Below are positions 62,508 to 64,000 of a stretch of 64,000 nt of DNA, piece by piece (the first letter of the stretch is position 1; every line of letters begins with the position of its first letter). The stretch comes from Mobula birostris (taxonomy: Eukaryota), in contig NC_092377.1 of assembly GCF_030028105.1 (NCBI RefSeq), positions 13,512,782 through 13,576,781 on the forward strand. The letters run 5' to 3'. Position numbers and translations under genes: made by a program. The notes beneath the pieces are model-generated. The model saw nothing but the letters and a program-made list of their open reading frames with translations, did not search any database and was not told the origin of the DNA.

Positions 62508-63135
62508 AAAACAACATACATCAAAGTTGCTGGTGAACGCAGCAGGCCAGGCAGCATCTCTAGGAAGATTACAGTCGACGTTTCGGGCCGAGACCCTTCG
62601 TCAGGACTAACTGAAGGAAGAGCTAGTAAGAGATTTGAAAGTGGGAGGGGGAGGGGAAGATCCAAAATGATAGGAGAAGACAGGAGGGGGAGGGATGGAG
62701 CCAAGAGCTGGACAGGCGATTGGCAAAAGGGATATGACAGGATCATGGGACAGGAGACCCAGGGAGAAGGAAAAGGGGGAGGGAGGGGAAAAACCCCAGA
62801 GGATGGGCAAGAGGTATAGTGAGAGGGACAGAGGGAGGAAAAGGAGAGTGAGAGAAAGAATGTGTGTATAAAAATAAATAACGGATACCCCATCCGTTAA
62901 AGGGGGAGGTGGGGCATTAGCTGAAGTTAGAGAAGTCAATGTTCATGCCATCAAGTTGGAGGCTACCCAGACGGAATATAAGGTGTTGTTCCTCCAACCC
63001 GAGTGTGGCTTCATCTTTACAGTAGAGGAGGCCGTGGATAGACATATCAAAATGGGAATGGGATGTGGAATTAAAATGTGTGGCCAGTAGGAGATCCTGC
63101 TTTCTCTGGCGGACAGAGCGGAGGAGTTCATTAAC
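62508..63135 (-). mobile_element. Penelope-like 3' fragment (GIY-YIG C-terminus plus terminal repeat)
   Basis: ATHFNSTSHSH..LEEQHLIFRLGSLQLDGMNIDFSNF*; 3' region nearly identical to the palindrome arms. Confidence 0.88.
62573..62608 (-). ncRNA. Minimal type I hammerhead ribozyme motif (consensus-intact)
   Basis: Minus strand AGTC-CTGACGA-A-GGGT-CTCG-GCCC-GAA-ACGT-C-GACT. Confidence 0.8.
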
Positions 63136-63139
63136 CCAC

Positions 63140-64000
63140 CGGCAATAATCCAATCAGGGAGCTGTCTTGTTCACCAATCAAGAGACAGCAACTGCAGAAG
63201 CGCGGAAACTAGCCGTTTAGTCTCCTAAATAAACCGCAATAAATAATCCGCAATTTGAAACAGCCCGCCAAAAATCCTTTGTTCAAACCTAAACTAAAAT
63301 CAAATTATTCCAGATCTGTTTGTCCATTTGGTCTCGGCACTCACCTCATTACTGAAGCCCGACACATTTAATATAGGAATGGTTAATATTGAAACAGAGC
63401 CTGAGAGATTAATTCCCCGGATTCTTTTCAAAGTGATAAAGGCTCGAGGGAGGGGGAGGAGGGCAACTCGCTTCTGTTCGGGCCGGTAATTTTGTGAACC
63501 GGATCAGGTTATGAACGGATTGCTCATCCCAGAATGCGACTCGAGTTTAACAAATTATTTTACAGATGAAATGAAATTATTCATTGCCACAGATGCTGCC
63601 TGACCTGCTGGATTCCTCCAGCATTTTGTGTGATTTCCAGCATCGGCAGGATCTCTTGTGCACCTGTGAAATAATCGTGAACCAGTTCAGGTCTGCTTTG
63701 AAATGGCATTCAGAATGCCAAAAAAAAAGGACAGAAGCTATTAAATCACATTCCCATAGCGATTAAAATCAGAAAAAGCAAATACCCTCTTCACAGAGAT
63801 GCCATTTGTAATTACCGAGACCGTGACGCGAAGGAGGGGCTGATGTTTCCGTGTGTGTACGGGAGGAAGAATGTAACCATGACCTCGGAATAATGCCGAG
63901 CACTGGGACCGATTAACAAGGATAGAATTCGAATAAGCTCATGAAGATTTTGAGATTTACTTCAATTCAATTGCTAAATATTAATGTAACTCTTTTAATT
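63140..64000 (-). promoter_or_regulatory. Inverted third copy of the H2B-H2A spacer, including the H2A promoter
   Basis: Reverse-complement similarity to 9170-10040 and 21740-22420 (double CCAAT, AAGCGCGGAAAC, CCCGCCAAAAA). Confidence 0.85.

Overview
Vertebrate genomic DNA, inferred to be a cartilaginous fish and probably a ray from the CR1/V-SINE/Penelope repeat landscape. It covers part of a dispersed replication-dependent histone cluster. Intact genes: H2B (8186-8560, 21101-21475), H2A (10179-10559, 22548-22928), H3.2 (41479-41889, minus) and a divergent H1 (43410-44042, minus), each followed by the 16-nt 3' stem-loop and a purine-rich downstream element. There is no intact H4. Dead histone pieces include an orphan H2B 3' end, two H4 3' remnants, an orphan H2A promoter and an inverted H2A locus whose coding region appears replaced by a Penelope fragment. 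Most remaining DNA is decayed mobile elements: CR1-type LINEs (one near full length with an SGNH-esterase ORF1), Rex1/Babar-type LINEs, an IR/DR Tc1 transposon, five solo LTRs, V-SINEs and a retroviral-type integrase relic. The most striking non-obvious signals are: (i) about 11 copies, four with intact cores, of a minimal type I hammerhead ribozyme carried by Penelope-like fragments, including a 110-bp ribozyme-only insertion with a perfect 14-bp TSD; (ii) a 1.9-kb fold-back Penelope palindrome inserted as one event inside a solo LTR inside a Tc1; (iii) conserved histone promoter grammar (H1 box/TG box 353 bp apart, recurrent E2F/CDE-CHR-like motif). Everything was read by eye; boundaries of decayed repeats are approximate.
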